DNA from: an uncultured Prevotella sp.
GTDB taxonomy: Bacteria > Bacteroidota > Bacteroidia > Bacteroidales > Bacteroidaceae
DNA: 64,000 nt
NCBI GenBank assembly: GCA_944321645.1
Contig: CALUMB010000002.1
Span: 9,209-73,208 of the forward strand
Reading direction: 5' to 3'
The notes below the pieces were generated by a model that was not told where the DNA came from, did not search any database, and was given only the letters and a program-made list of their open reading frames with translations. Below are positions 9,635 to 19,533 of the stretch, in pieces; position 1 is the first letter of the stretch; the number at the start of each line of letters is the position of its first letter. The position numbers were made by a program, and so were the translations under genes.

Positions 9635-10882
9635 ATGATGAAGAAGTCAATTTTCTTTGCAGCCGCATTCGCCGGAGTGCTTTGCAGCTGCTCGCAAGAC
9701 GAAGTCAACGAGGGCGGCGGTGCCGTGCTCGACGGGCGTGTGCCAATCCAGATCGGCGTGAGCCAGCCGTCTGTTTCCGTTTCCCGCGGCATAGGTACCG
9801 TGGGCGGAACCGAGGAGAGCGGCGCCAACGTATGGCAAGGCCAGCAGTTCAAGGTGTCGATGTTCGAGAAAGGGACATACCAGCCTGCCGTTGACGAAGA
9901 GGGTAATCAGCTCTTTATGAACGCCGACTTCGATGCCCCGGTTGGCTATGTCAATGATTTTGCCACTGCGAGTGTGCAGACCGGCAACAAGTATTATCCC
10001 ACAGAGGGTAAGTTCGATTTCGTAGGCTACTACCTCGACGGAGCCGAACAAGATGCCGTTCCTGCCCCAACGGAGGAAGGCCCGTACACCGTGAATGTGA
10101 CTATCGACGGCTCGCAGGACATCATGACGGCAAGCGCCGTTCCCTCTGCCGAGGACCTGTCGCAATACACCCAGCAGGGTATTGACGTTAACCGCCTCTT
10201 CTCAGCTTACTCCGCAAGGCAGGGCATCGTTCCCACGCTCAAATTCGAGCACAAGCTCGTGAGGCTCGTGTTCAACGCAAAGCCCGGAAACGTGAATGCC
10301 AGCTCGACTGCCGAGCTTGGCGGCGACGAGTACGGCGTGCAGATAAAGTCCATCAGCATCGAGTCGCAGAACACGGGCGTGCTTACCGTGGCGCAGGTGG
10401 ATGGCGACCATGTCGTTCCGGGCGACTCTATCGTGTTCAGCGGCGACTCTGTTCCCCTTTACCTCAAGCAGCGCCAGGCTGGCGACGACTATGGCACAAT
10501 GGAACTCGTAGACCTCACCCCCGCCGTGCTGCACTGGGATTCTGAAGCTGCTGGAGGAGAAGGCGCAGGCAAGCTGGAGCAGGTCGGAGAGGCCCTGCTC
10601 GTGCAGGAACTCAAGGAAGGCGAAGCTTACGAGATGACCATCGTCCTCAACCAGCTAATGCCCGGCGAGCAGACCCCGAGGGAGTTCACCATTACTAAAG
10701 ATGTCAGGCTGCCCGAAGGCAAAAGCTTCAAGGCCGGCTCGTCTTACAATGTGAACATCACCGTTTGGGGCTTGGAGCAGATCAGCATCAAGGCCAGCCT
10801 TACCGCTTGGGAAGAGGGCGGAAACATCGACCTCGACCCGTTCAACGACTCCGAGGAACCCGCCGTTGAGCCGGAGCCTTAA
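9635..10882 (+). CDS. Fimbrillin lipoprotein 2 (possible major pilin)
   Basis: MMKK..'LCSC' lipobox, 'VSRG', 'IDGSQDIM', 'FKAGSSYNVNITVWG...LTAWEEGGNIDL'; strong A-rich initiation region. Confidence 0.85.
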   Translation: MMKKSIFFAAAFAGVLCSCSQDEVNEGGGAVLDGRVPIQIGVSQPSVSVSRGIGTVGGTEESGANVWQGQQFKVSMFEKGTYQPAVDEEGNQLFMNADFDAPVGYVNDFATASVQTGNKYYPTEGKFDFVGYYLDGAEQDAVPAPTEEGPYTVNVTIDGSQDIMTASAVPSAEDLSQYTQQGIDVNRLFSAYSARQGIVPTLKFEHKLVRLVFNAKPGNVNASSTAELGGDEYGVQIKSISIESQNTGVLTVAQVDGDHVVPGDSIVFSGDSVPLYLKQRQAGDDYGTMELVDLTPAVLHWDSEAAGGEGAGKLEQVGEALLVQELKEGEAYEMTIVLNQLMPGEQTPREFTITKDVRLPEGKSFKAGSSYNVNITVWGLEQISIKASLTAWEEGGNIDLDPFNDSEEPAVEPEP

Positions 10883-10920
10883 TTTTTGGTTGCGTTAAAC
10901 CTTTAAGACTATAAAGCGTC

Positions 10921-12078
10921 ATGAAGAAACAATTTTTGTTCATGAGCCTTGCAGCCGCAGCCATGCTCTCCTCGTGCTCTACCGACGAGGAAGCTGGCCC
11001 GGCAGCCTATGCTCCGCACCCGCAAGGCGACAGCGAGGTGGCCATACGCCTCGCCTCCGGCCCCGCTACCCGTGCCAGCATAGAGTCTGACGAGGACGGG
11101 CTGTTTGAGGTAGACGGCCTCGGCCTGTTCGCACTCGCACGCGAGGTGGTGGCCGACAACCCCGACGCCGTGCTGCCCATTGCCTGGAACTACGAGCCTG
11201 CCGACACGAAGACGTACTCGGTGCTACTCGACAACGTTGAGGCCAACGCCGTGATTGAGGGCGGCGTTACCAACATACTGTTCGCCGACGGCGTGGTGCG
11301 CTACTACCCGATGGCCAATTGGTACCGCTACGGCTTCTGCGGCTACTACCCCCGCACCGAGAACATCACCAAGGAGGCGACGCGCTGCGTGGCCAACATC
11401 ACCATCTCCGGCAAGGAGGACGTCATCTACGGGCGCGCCGTGAACGACGTTGACGACTACGCCTACAGCGCGCGCTACTTCCGCCAGGAGGGCAACGTGA
11501 ACGTGGTGCCGCAGATGCAGTTCGACCACAAGCTCATGCGCGTGACGTTCAGCGCAGTGCCAGGGCCAGACCTCGAGGCCGGCGCCTCATACGAGAACGC
11601 CAAGCAAATGACCGTGCAGAGCGTAAGGGTGATGGGCGTTCCAACCGAAGGCCAACTCGTGTTGGCCGACCTTGAGAACCCCGAGCAGGACGGACAGCTC
11701 ATCTTCTCGTGGGATGGCGGCGGCTCCGACCTCTACCTCTGCGACTCGATAGACGCCGTGCTCGACCCGGAGAAGTACTTCATGGAAGTGACCGAGGAAG
11801 GCGAGCCGGTGGAGAAGGTCATCGGCCAGGGCATAATGCTGCCCGTGCCGGAGGACGGCTACAAGTATAGGGTGGCCGTGACCCTCCAGGACAGCGAAGG
11901 CGCCGTCTACGAGTGCGAGTACCCGCAGGAGCTGCGCCTGCCCGAAGGCACGCAGTTCGAGGCAGGCAAGTCCTACAACGTGCGCATGACCATCAACGGC
12001 CCGAAGGCCGTGACCCTTTCGGCCAAGCTCACGCAGTGGGATAGCGACACCGAAGACCTCGAGGGCATCGTGTTCTGA
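10921..12078 (+). CDS. Fimbrillin lipoprotein 3
   Basis: 'LSSC' lipobox, 'ATRAS', 'ISGKEDVI', 'FDHKLMRVTF', 'FEAGKSYNV..TING...LTQW'. Confidence 0.85.
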   Translation: MKKQFLFMSLAAAAMLSSCSTDEEAGPAAYAPHPQGDSEVAIRLASGPATRASIESDEDGLFEVDGLGLFALAREVVADNPDAVLPIAWNYEPADTKTYSVLLDNVEANAVIEGGVTNILFADGVVRYYPMANWYRYGFCGYYPRTENITKEATRCVANITISGKEDVIYGRAVNDVDDYAYSARYFRQEGNVNVVPQMQFDHKLMRVTFSAVPGPDLEAGASYENAKQMTVQSVRVMGVPTEGQLVLADLENPEQDGQLIFSWDGGGSDLYLCDSIDAVLDPEKYFMEVTEEGEPVEKVIGQGIMLPVPEDGYKYRVAVTLQDSEGAVYECEYPQELRLPEGTQFEAGKSYNVRMTINGPKAVTLSAKLTQWDSDTEDLEGIVF

Positions 12079-12107
12079 CGGACCGCGAGCCTTCACCACT
12101 ACTAAAA

Positions 12108-12138
12108 GTATGCCCGGCGGCAGCGTCGCCGGGCATAC
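12108..12138 (+). other. Intra-operon stem-loop without U-tract
   Basis: gtatgcccggcg / cgccgggcatac perfect 12-bp stem directly after the third pilin gene. Confidence 0.55.
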
Positions 12139-12166
12139 ATTCCAACAGTAAACGTAACGAAAGCAG

Positions 12167-12721
12167 ATGAAGAAAATACTCTTTGCCGCCTTGCTTGCGG
12201 TGGCCTCGGCCACGGCGCGGGCGCAGTTGGTGGCCGTTAGCACCGACGTGCTCATGGACGCATTGCTCACGCCCTCCGTCGGGGGCGAGCTGGTGGTGGG
12301 CGAGCGCACGTCGATTGGGCTTAGCCTCTTCGGCAACCACAACCCGTGGGGCAAGACGATGAAGATAATGGGCTTGCAGCCCGAGTGGCGATACTACTTC
12401 TCCGGCCGCCCGATGCACCGCCACTTCGTGGGCATAGGGGGCTTGGGCGCACAGTACGACATAACGTGGAAGGGCAAGGTCTACGACGGCTCCGCAGCAG
12501 GGATCGGCCTTACGTTCGGCTATGTGCTGCCGCTGTCGAAGAGGCTCAACATCGACTTCCACGCCGGCCTTGGCGTCATCTACTACCGGCAGAAGGAATA
12601 CTTCGAGGCCGACCACTACGACATCGACTTCGCCTACGGCAGCACGGCCCAGGCAAACGCCAGCGGCTATGTGCTCTTGCCGACGCGCATCGGCGTCTCC
12701 GTGTCGTACATCTTGAAGTGA
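12167..12721 (+). CDS. DUF3575-family outer-membrane beta-barrel protein (short)
   Basis: 'VAVSTDVLMDALLTPSVGGE', 'LQPEWRYYF', 'GLTFGYVLPLSKRLNIDF', 'PTRIGVSVSYIL'. Confidence 0.9.
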   Translation: MKKILFAALLAVASATARAQLVAVSTDVLMDALLTPSVGGELVVGERTSIGLSLFGNHNPWGKTMKIMGLQPEWRYYFSGRPMHRHFVGIGGLGAQYDITWKGKVYDGSAAGIGLTFGYVLPLSKRLNIDFHAGLGVIYYRQKEYFEADHYDIDFAYGSTAQANASGYVLLPTRIGVSVSYILK

Positions 12722-12971
12722 CAAGGCCAAGTAGGCACAGTTAAAAGAATGCAAACCGACCATGCCTTTCCGACGAAGCGCCTAGCCCTGCAAATGAATG
12801 CACGAGAGTTTCTTGCGCCAACGGCCAAGGTGCTCATGTGCGTTAGTACGGGTTGCGTGGCTTTAGACTCCCGGCTATATGGGCTTGGGTATGCTCGCTC
12901 GGTACGTTTGCTGGTTGGTTATCTTTGGCCATTGGCATTGTTTTATTCAATTTAAACAGTCTGACGCAATT

Positions 12972-15704
12972 ATGAAAGTAAACATATTTCGGCTTATCGT
13001 TACAGCAACTTTGTTCGCGCTATTCCTTACCATGCCCGCAAGTGTAGTGGCGCAAGACGACTTGCGCGAGGTTTCGTTTTCTATCACCATGAACAAAGGC
13101 GGTAAAATCACTGCCGGCGAAGTAGAATATGCTAGGTTTAAGAGCAGGGTGGCCGCCACTAATGCAAGTAACATTTTGCGCCAAGCCATAAGGGACAACT
13201 ATGGCGCGGGTTTGGACGAGGCACTTAAGGTGGTGGGCAACAAGTCTAATGGAGGTTGGAAGAGGTCAGACCACAACGGTGAATTTTCCGTGCCTGTGAT
13301 GGACGGCATGGCCATATTATTGCTTTGCGACCGCGAGGAGACTCAAATTGTGGAGATTGTGCCTGGCAAGAATAGCTATTCCAGCACAATAACGCTCAAG
13401 ACTTCAATCCAAGAAGTTTACGTCCGCGGAAGCAGGACAAGCTCAGGCGTCGAGTTCGGCGAGGGAATTTCCGATGATTTTGGGAAATACGTCAAATTTG
13501 AGATAAAGGCCACGCTGCCTGCTGGTTATGCTAAAGACAACTCCCGTCTGATAATTCAGCCGATGGTGCTGGACTGCCAGACGGAAGACACGATAGACTA
13601 TTTGGGCGGCTTGGTATATGAAGGGGATGAGTACCACAACATCCAGGACAGGAGGATGCGTTTCAGCTACATTCCCAACGACCCCGTCCACCCAATTTAC
13701 AAGAGCAACAAGATGCTGGCGGATGGCCAGTCGTTCAGTGTCGATACGGTTATAACGTATGAAAAACCGGAGGGCAAGAACACTAAGGAAAAGACATACA
13801 AGTGCCTGTTTTATTGCGTCTTGGAAGACTACCACAGGGTTTACTACAACAACGGTGGTCAAGGTACCGGGTCGTGCTTGGCTCGTCGTCCGTTCAAGTT
13901 TCTTGATTTTTCGTTGGCATCGGCCGATATGGACATTACTCAGTTCAAGCAGGAAGCCGAGGCTAAGTTCAACAGCGTGCCACGTAACCTTATGCTCACT
14001 TTCGTTAAAAACAGCGACGAACTGACGAGCGACTCCACCAACCAGATTGAGTTGGACAACCTGACCGAGGAGTTGAGGTCTTATGGGCAGAACCTCTTCA
14101 GGGTGTCGGTGGAGGCCACTGCGTCGCCCGAAGGCAACTATGAGCACAACATGAGGCTCGCGCAGCGAAGGGCGGCGAAAGCACTTTCAATAATAAGTAC
14201 GAACCTTGGCTCCAGCGCTCGAGACGTCCAGTTGCCTTTGCCGAAAGTAAGGGTGTGTACTTGGGATGAGCTTGTGGTAGAAATGGAGCGGAGTGTGGCC
14301 GACACAACCATAGTTGGTATGGTGCGCAACGTGGTTGCCAATAACGAGCAACGGAACATATACGGGTTGCTTGTGGGCTTGCCATTTTACGAGTCTACCA
14401 TTGCACCTGCTCTTTCGCGACTTCGTTCGATGACCTGCTCGTACACTGTGGAGACCAACAGACCACTCACGGCTTCCGAGGCAGTAGCGAAGTATTTTGC
14501 CGGCAAGGCAGACTATATTTCGGGAAAGAAGAACTTTGGGGCGGACTTTTCAGATGGCGACTTATACAATCTGTACAGCACAATAAGGGACACCTCCGAG
14601 TTGGACACAGTGACCGATTTGGCCTACAAGGAGCTTATAAAGAGAAAGTCGTATGAGTTATACAAATTCGCCCCTTACTTGGCCAACCGCAAGGCTCTCC
14701 TCAACTTGAAGCGCGGCGTACCCGACCTTGAGGTGCTTAGGCCGTTCCTTGTGCTTGACGACAACCGCATACCAATAAAGAATCCAAACGAACGACTTGC
14801 CGGAAAGAACTACAGGGAGATGATTGTGAACCAAGCCATCGCCTATTTTCAAGAGCAGAGCCTTGACTCTGCGAGGTCGATGGTTAATTGGGTGATGTCA
14901 GCCAGGCCGTCAGGCGACGGGCGCGACTCCACTCTATCCAAACTGGAGCTTTTCATAACTTTCCAGGATTATTTCTCGAAATACTTCGACAACACATGCA
15001 CTCCAGAGCAGCGCGACTCGTTTGAGGCGGCATATAACTTTGTCGTGGAGGAAAACTTGGTGAACAAGGCCATCATATACACAGAGATGCGCAACAGACT
15101 TGGCGTGAGCCGTGAGGAGGCCGAGGGCTACGTAGACATGATGGACGACGGCAACGCCAAGAAGTGGTATCTCAAAGGTATGCTTTGGAGTGGAGAGGCA
15201 GGGCAAGAGCCGCCTGTTGGGCTTGGCGGGCAGTTCAGGCAGCTTAGCGATGCCGAACTTGCCGAGCTTCGGGCGAACGACTATCAGGCTTACCTGCGCT
15301 ATATTGACGAGGAAACACGCTACAACAGTATGCTGGCAGACTCCAGGGGCGACAAGACACCTTACTTTCTCGCCTATTTCCAGCACAGTTTCGACCTCCA
15401 GCCCGATTACCGTCGGCTTTACGCCAGCGAGGGCAACGTGAAGGACGACATACGCAAGAAATATCCTTACATCGACGAAAAGGCCGACACCTACCGCCGC
15501 AAGTTCGACGTACTCTACGCCGCCACTAAGAAGGCATCTGCCCCAAAGGCCAAAGCCGATGCCAACCCGACTGCCGAGGGCGGCGAGGCGGCACCCGCTG
15601 CCGATGGGGCTGCCGCTCCTTCGGGCGAGGCCAACACTGCTGCCGAGGGCGGCGAAGCCGCAGCGACGGGCAGCGCAGACACTAACGGAAACGAAACGAA
15701 ATGA
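12972..15704 (+). CDS. Large exported protein with OmpA-C-like domain and helical C-terminal region
   Basis: Signal peptide MKVNIFRL..VVA; 'ASPEGNYEHNMRLAQRRA' OmpA-like motif of Bacteroidetes pilus-associated proteins; visibly lower GC3 than neighbours. Confidence 0.7.
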   Translation: MKVNIFRLIVTATLFALFLTMPASVVAQDDLREVSFSITMNKGGKITAGEVEYARFKSRVAATNASNILRQAIRDNYGAGLDEALKVVGNKSNGGWKRSDHNGEFSVPVMDGMAILLLCDREETQIVEIVPGKNSYSSTITLKTSIQEVYVRGSRTSSGVEFGEGISDDFGKYVKFEIKATLPAGYAKDNSRLIIQPMVLDCQTEDTIDYLGGLVYEGDEYHNIQDRRMRFSYIPNDPVHPIYKSNKMLADGQSFSVDTVITYEKPEGKNTKEKTYKCLFYCVLEDYHRVYYNNGGQGTGSCLARRPFKFLDFSLASADMDITQFKQEAEAKFNSVPRNLMLTFVKNSDELTSDSTNQIELDNLTEELRSYGQNLFRVSVEATASPEGNYEHNMRLAQRRAAKALSIISTNLGSSARDVQLPLPKVRVCTWDELVVEMERSVADTTIVGMVRNVVANNEQRNIYGLLVGLPFYESTIAPALSRLRSMTCSYTVETNRPLTASEAVAKYFAGKADYISGKKNFGADFSDGDLYNLYSTIRDTSELDTVTDLAYKELIKRKSYELYKFAPYLANRKALLNLKRGVPDLEVLRPFLVLDDNRIPIKNPNERLAGKNYREMIVNQAIAYFQEQSLDSARSMVNWVMSARPSGDGRDSTLSKLELFITFQDYFSKYFDNTCTPEQRDSFEAAYNFVVEENLVNKAIIYTEMRNRLGVSREEAEGYVDMMDDGNAKKWYLKGMLWSGEAGQEPPVGLGGQFRQLSDAELAELRANDYQAYLRYIDEETRYNSMLADSRGDKTPYFLAYFQHSFDLQPDYRRLYASEGNVKDDIRKKYPYIDEKADTYRRKFDVLYAATKKASAPKAKADANPTAEGGEAAPAADGAAAPSGEANTAAEGGEAAATGSADTNGNETK

Positions 15705-17878
15705 GACTGACACCAATCATAGCAATCGCGGCAATGGCGCTCGCCCCGGGGGGGGCGGCATTTGCCGCCATGGCAGGCGACTCCATACAAGCCGATACCG
15801 TCGCCGTAGCTAATGCAGCGGCTGCCGACACAGTGGCTGCGGCAGGAGCAGTGGCCACCGACAGCGCAGCCGTGGCTGCGCCTTCTGCCGCCAACGGCGC
15901 GACGGCGGCCAGCCAGGCTGCCAAGGAGGCAAACCCCAACGACACATTGCCGAAGACCCGCATGAACAAGGCCAAGGGCTTCAACGCGCTCGACTACATA
16001 CTCGAGCGTCGGTACCTTAGCGGCGGCGACAAGGTGGGCGGCTCGTGGTGGAGCACCGTGTTCCTCGAGGCCGGCTTCGGCGGCGAGTGGATAAACGCCC
16101 CCACCGGGGCCTACCGCTTCAACACCCTGTCGTCGTTCAGGTTCGCCATCGGCAAGCGTTTCAACGGGCTTAACTCGTTGCGCCTCACCGCGCACGGCGA
16201 GTTTGGCTTCATGGAAACGTCGAACCTGCTGCTTGGCAAGGTGGGCGGCCGCGCCGACCACCTGTTCAGCCTCACGTCATACTTCGACGGCTACGACCCC
16301 GCACGCTTCTTCGAGCTTTCGTCGGTGCTGGGCGTCGGCCTGCAGATGTCGCAGCTGAGGCGCAACTCATCGCTTGAACCGTCGCTTGAAGCCCACGTGG
16401 GCCTGCAGCTGAAGTTCTACACCGGCCCGCAAGGCTCGATCAGCCTCGAGCCTTACATCGGCGTGGCCACAGACCAGGGCGACGTCAGCCAGGACCGCAA
16501 CTGGCGCAAGTACGACTTCTTCTGCGGAGCCACGGCCAGCTATGTCTACTATCTCGGCAACAACCTTTCGCGCGAACGCCGCCGCAAGCTGGTGGAACGC
16601 CGCCACAAGGGCGACCGCATAGGGCGCGACTCGGTGCTGCAGTCGTGGCAGCGCCCGTGGTTTGTCGAGCTGGCCGCCGGCCCCCACTTCATGGATGCGC
16701 CAGGCGTCGGGTTCTTCTCGTCGGTGGGCCACGAGACGTCGGTGGCCATCGGCAAGTGGCTCTCGCCTGTCATCGGCGTGCGCATGGCCGCTTCCTTGCG
16801 CTCGGCCACGTTTGCCACCACCGAGGTATCGTCGCCCGCCCCTTCCTACGAGACCTCCTACGAGCTTTCGCGGCGAAAGGCTTACATTGGCGGGCGCATC
16901 GACGCGCTTATTAACCCGCTCGGCTTCGCCAAGAGCTTCGCGTGGGACAAGCCCTTCGGCTTCCACCTGCTCGTGGGCGGCGAGGTGGGGCGCATGGTGC
17001 GCTACGACTCTGAGATGCTCAATTGCTGGAGCATATCCTACAGCGCCGGCGCACAGTTCTGGGCGCGTTTGTCAGACGGCGTGCGCCTCTTCGTCGAGCC
17101 GCGCGGGTCGTGGTACGTCTACAACATACCCTACGCCGACGTGGACAACCGCAGCATAAAGTGTACCGACGGCGGCATGACCGTAAATGTGGGCCTCTCG
17201 GTGAGCACCTACGACCGCCGTTACCGCACCCCCGCGCCGGCAGCCGACCGCGGGCGGTTCACAGTGGGCGGCGGCATCGGCACAAACCTCGCCTACCAGC
17301 GCAGCAAGCTCAAGGGTGCCGGCATGGGCTTCAACGCACATGCGTGGGGCGAGTACGCTTTCGACCGCCTCTCGTCGGTGAGGGCTGCGTTTGAGTATGT
17401 GTCGCTTGCGAGCCTCCACGAGGCCCGCTTCATCGACTACAACCTCACCGACCCCGCCCGGCCCACGCGCACCACGCGCTCCGGCGTATGGCAGAGCCGC
17501 TACCACGTGGGCTTCGCATCGCTGGCCTACGTGCTCGACTTCACAGAGGCCCTATGCGCCCCGAGGCGCAGGACGCTCTTCGACGTTAAGGCATACGCCG
17601 GGCCGGCGCTCATGTTCCTGATGGGCGAGTCGTCGAGCCTGCACGAGTCCGAGCGCCTGCAGCAGCATCACGAGGCCCGCCTGGCTAAGCCCGCCGCTCG
17701 CAAGGCCGCCATCGGCGGCACGGTGGGCGTCAGGCTCACGGCCAACGTCACGCCAAGGCTGGGCGTGTACCTCGCCCCGTCGTTCTACGTATGGCGCCTC
17801 GGCGACCTGCCCGGCGTGCAGTTTATGATAACCAAACACGTCGAGACGCTCAACCTCGGCGTGCAGTACAACTTATAG
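15701..17878 (+). CDS. Outer-membrane protein with three tandem small beta-barrel-like repeats
   Basis: Signal peptide; three repeats of a 'FLEAG..GK.F/W..(G/S).R...F..G.Q...EP' pattern; C-terminal 'LGVQYNL'; ATGA overlap with the upstream gene. Confidence 0.7.
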   Translation: MRLTPIIAIAAMALAPGGAAFAAMAGDSIQADTVAVANAAAADTVAAAGAVATDSAAVAAPSAANGATAASQAAKEANPNDTLPKTRMNKAKGFNALDYILERRYLSGGDKVGGSWWSTVFLEAGFGGEWINAPTGAYRFNTLSSFRFAIGKRFNGLNSLRLTAHGEFGFMETSNLLLGKVGGRADHLFSLTSYFDGYDPARFFELSSVLGVGLQMSQLRRNSSLEPSLEAHVGLQLKFYTGPQGSISLEPYIGVATDQGDVSQDRNWRKYDFFCGATASYVYYLGNNLSRERRRKLVERRHKGDRIGRDSVLQSWQRPWFVELAAGPHFMDAPGVGFFSSVGHETSVAIGKWLSPVIGVRMAASLRSATFATTEVSSPAPSYETSYELSRRKAYIGGRIDALINPLGFAKSFAWDKPFGFHLLVGGEVGRMVRYDSEMLNCWSISYSAGAQFWARLSDGVRLFVEPRGSWYVYNIPYADVDNRSIKCTDGGMTVNVGLSVSTYDRRYRTPAPAADRGRFTVGGGIGTNLAYQRSKLKGAGMGFNAHAWGEYAFDRLSSVRAAFEYVSLASLHEARFIDYNLTDPARPTRTTRSGVWQSRYHVGFASLAYVLDFTEALCAPRRRTLFDVKAYAGPALMFLMGESSSLHESERLQQHHEARLAKPAARKAAIGGTVGVRLTANVTPRLGVYLAPSFYVWRLGDLPGVQFMITKHVETLNLGVQYNL

Positions 17879-17923
17879 ACACACCGCAGCCCACCGCGAA
17901 GGCTGCAAAAACAAGGTGACACG

Positions 17924-19453
17924 ATGAAGAAGCTAAGACTCATTTTTGCAGCGGCAGCCATTTCCGCCGCCATGGGGGCGCAGGCACAGAGCGACCCCAA
18001 GGCGGCCATCGCCGCGCTCGACACCATCATACGCAAGCACGCCAACTACAAGAACGTGGTCGACCCGTTCGTCGAGACGGTCTACGGCAAGTTCCGCAAG
18101 CACCCCGATGTGGCCACGGCCATCGCCAAGGCGTACTACAAGTTCTACCGCCCGGCAGGCCAGCCGTACTACACCTACGTGACCCGCGACAGTGCCAACG
18201 CCTACAAATACATCAACTTTGCCATCGAGGAAGAGCCGGGCTACGTTCCGGCCTACGTCTTCGGCGGTGACATACAGGTGACCATGGGCGACACCCTGGC
18301 CGCCCTCGACTGGTACCGCCGCGCCATCGCAGCCGACAAGGCCAACCCCGCAGGCTACATTGCCTACGCCGACCTGCAGCTCGACCGCGACTCCGTGGCT
18401 GCCGTGACCACGCTCATGGGCCTGCGCGACTACCGCCCGGGCTACCCCGTCGAGCTGGCCATGGGGCGTATGTTCATGCGCAGGGCCAACGTGCGCAGCG
18501 CCGAGGAGATTGACGCGGCGCGCAACGCACAGACAAAGCTCAACCTCTACCGCACGGTAGACGCGTTAGACGCCGCCGAGCGCGACAGCATGACCATCGA
18601 TGACCTGCGCACCTACTCCATGTACCACTACCTCTTGGGCAACTACGACAAGAGCCTCGACGTGGCGCTCTACGGCCACGGGCGCAAGGAGCGCGACGCC
18701 GCGTTCAACCGCCTCGCCTTCTGGAGCTACACCAACCTGGCAAAGTTCGACGAGGCCCTCGCCTTTGCCGACCTGCTTTTCAACAAGTCAGACTCTGCCG
18801 TGCTCGACCCGCAGGACTATTTCTACTACGGCATCGTGTATTCAGGCAAGAAGCGATACGACGAGGCCATAGCCATGTTCGGCGAGGTGGTGGCCCACGA
18901 GAAGGCCGCCGAGAAGATGAAGGCGACGGCTCAAGACCAGATAATAAACGCCTACAAGCAGAAGGGCGACTTCGACACAGCCATTGCCCGGTTTAAGGCC
19001 AACATGGCCGCCCACGAGCGCGACAGCACCATTTCGGCCTACGACTACTACCAGCTGGGCGGCATCTACATCGAGTATGCCAACTCGCTAAAGGGCGACA
19101 CTGCGTTGGCCGTATGGCAGAAGGCCGACTCCGTGTATGCAGTTATGGCCGACAAGTACCCGGCCAATGCCGACTATCCGCTCTATATGCGGCTGCAAAT
19201 CTCCAACGTGTTCGACCCGGAGTCGGAACAGGGCCTCGGCGTGCCGTTTGCCGAGAAGCTCATCGCGTTCATACAGGCGCAGGGCACCAACGACAAGGCG
19301 GCGCAGGAGAAGTTGCTCATGGCCTACCGCTACCTTGGCTACTACTACACGTTCGTGCTGGAGCGCAGGGCGCGTGGCCGCGTGTACTGGCAGAAGATAT
19401 TGGAGATAGACCCCGAAAACGCCGCCGCGAAGCAGGTGCTTGGCCTTGGCTAG
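17924..19453 (+). CDS. Exported tetratricopeptide-repeat protein
   Basis: Signal peptide; TPR-like repeats such as 'YFYYGIVYSGKKRYDEAIAMF' and 'YWQKILEIDPEN'. Confidence 0.8.
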   Translation: MKKLRLIFAAAAISAAMGAQAQSDPKAAIAALDTIIRKHANYKNVVDPFVETVYGKFRKHPDVATAIAKAYYKFYRPAGQPYYTYVTRDSANAYKYINFAIEEEPGYVPAYVFGGDIQVTMGDTLAALDWYRRAIAADKANPAGYIAYADLQLDRDSVAAVTTLMGLRDYRPGYPVELAMGRMFMRRANVRSAEEIDAARNAQTKLNLYRTVDALDAAERDSMTIDDLRTYSMYHYLLGNYDKSLDVALYGHGRKERDAAFNRLAFWSYTNLAKFDEALAFADLLFNKSDSAVLDPQDYFYYGIVYSGKKRYDEAIAMFGEVVAHEKAAEKMKATAQDQIINAYKQKGDFDTAIARFKANMAAHERDSTISAYDYYQLGGIYIEYANSLKGDTALAVWQKADSVYAVMADKYPANADYPLYMRLQISNVFDPESEQGLGVPFAEKLIAFIQAQGTNDKAAQEKLLMAYRYLGYYYTFVLERRARGRVYWQKILEIDPENAAAKQVLGLG

Positions 19454-19485
19454 GCCGGCTCCGGGCAGCGGCACGGCACATATAC

Positions 19486-19532
19486 AGGCTCCCCGCATCG
19501 GCCATAAGCCGTTGCGGGGAGCCTTTCTTTTT
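19486..19532 (+). terminator. Rho-independent terminator of pilus operon
   Basis: aggctccccgca.cggc-cataa-gccg.tgcggggagcct followed by ttcttttt. Confidence 0.8.
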
Positions 19533-19533
19533 G

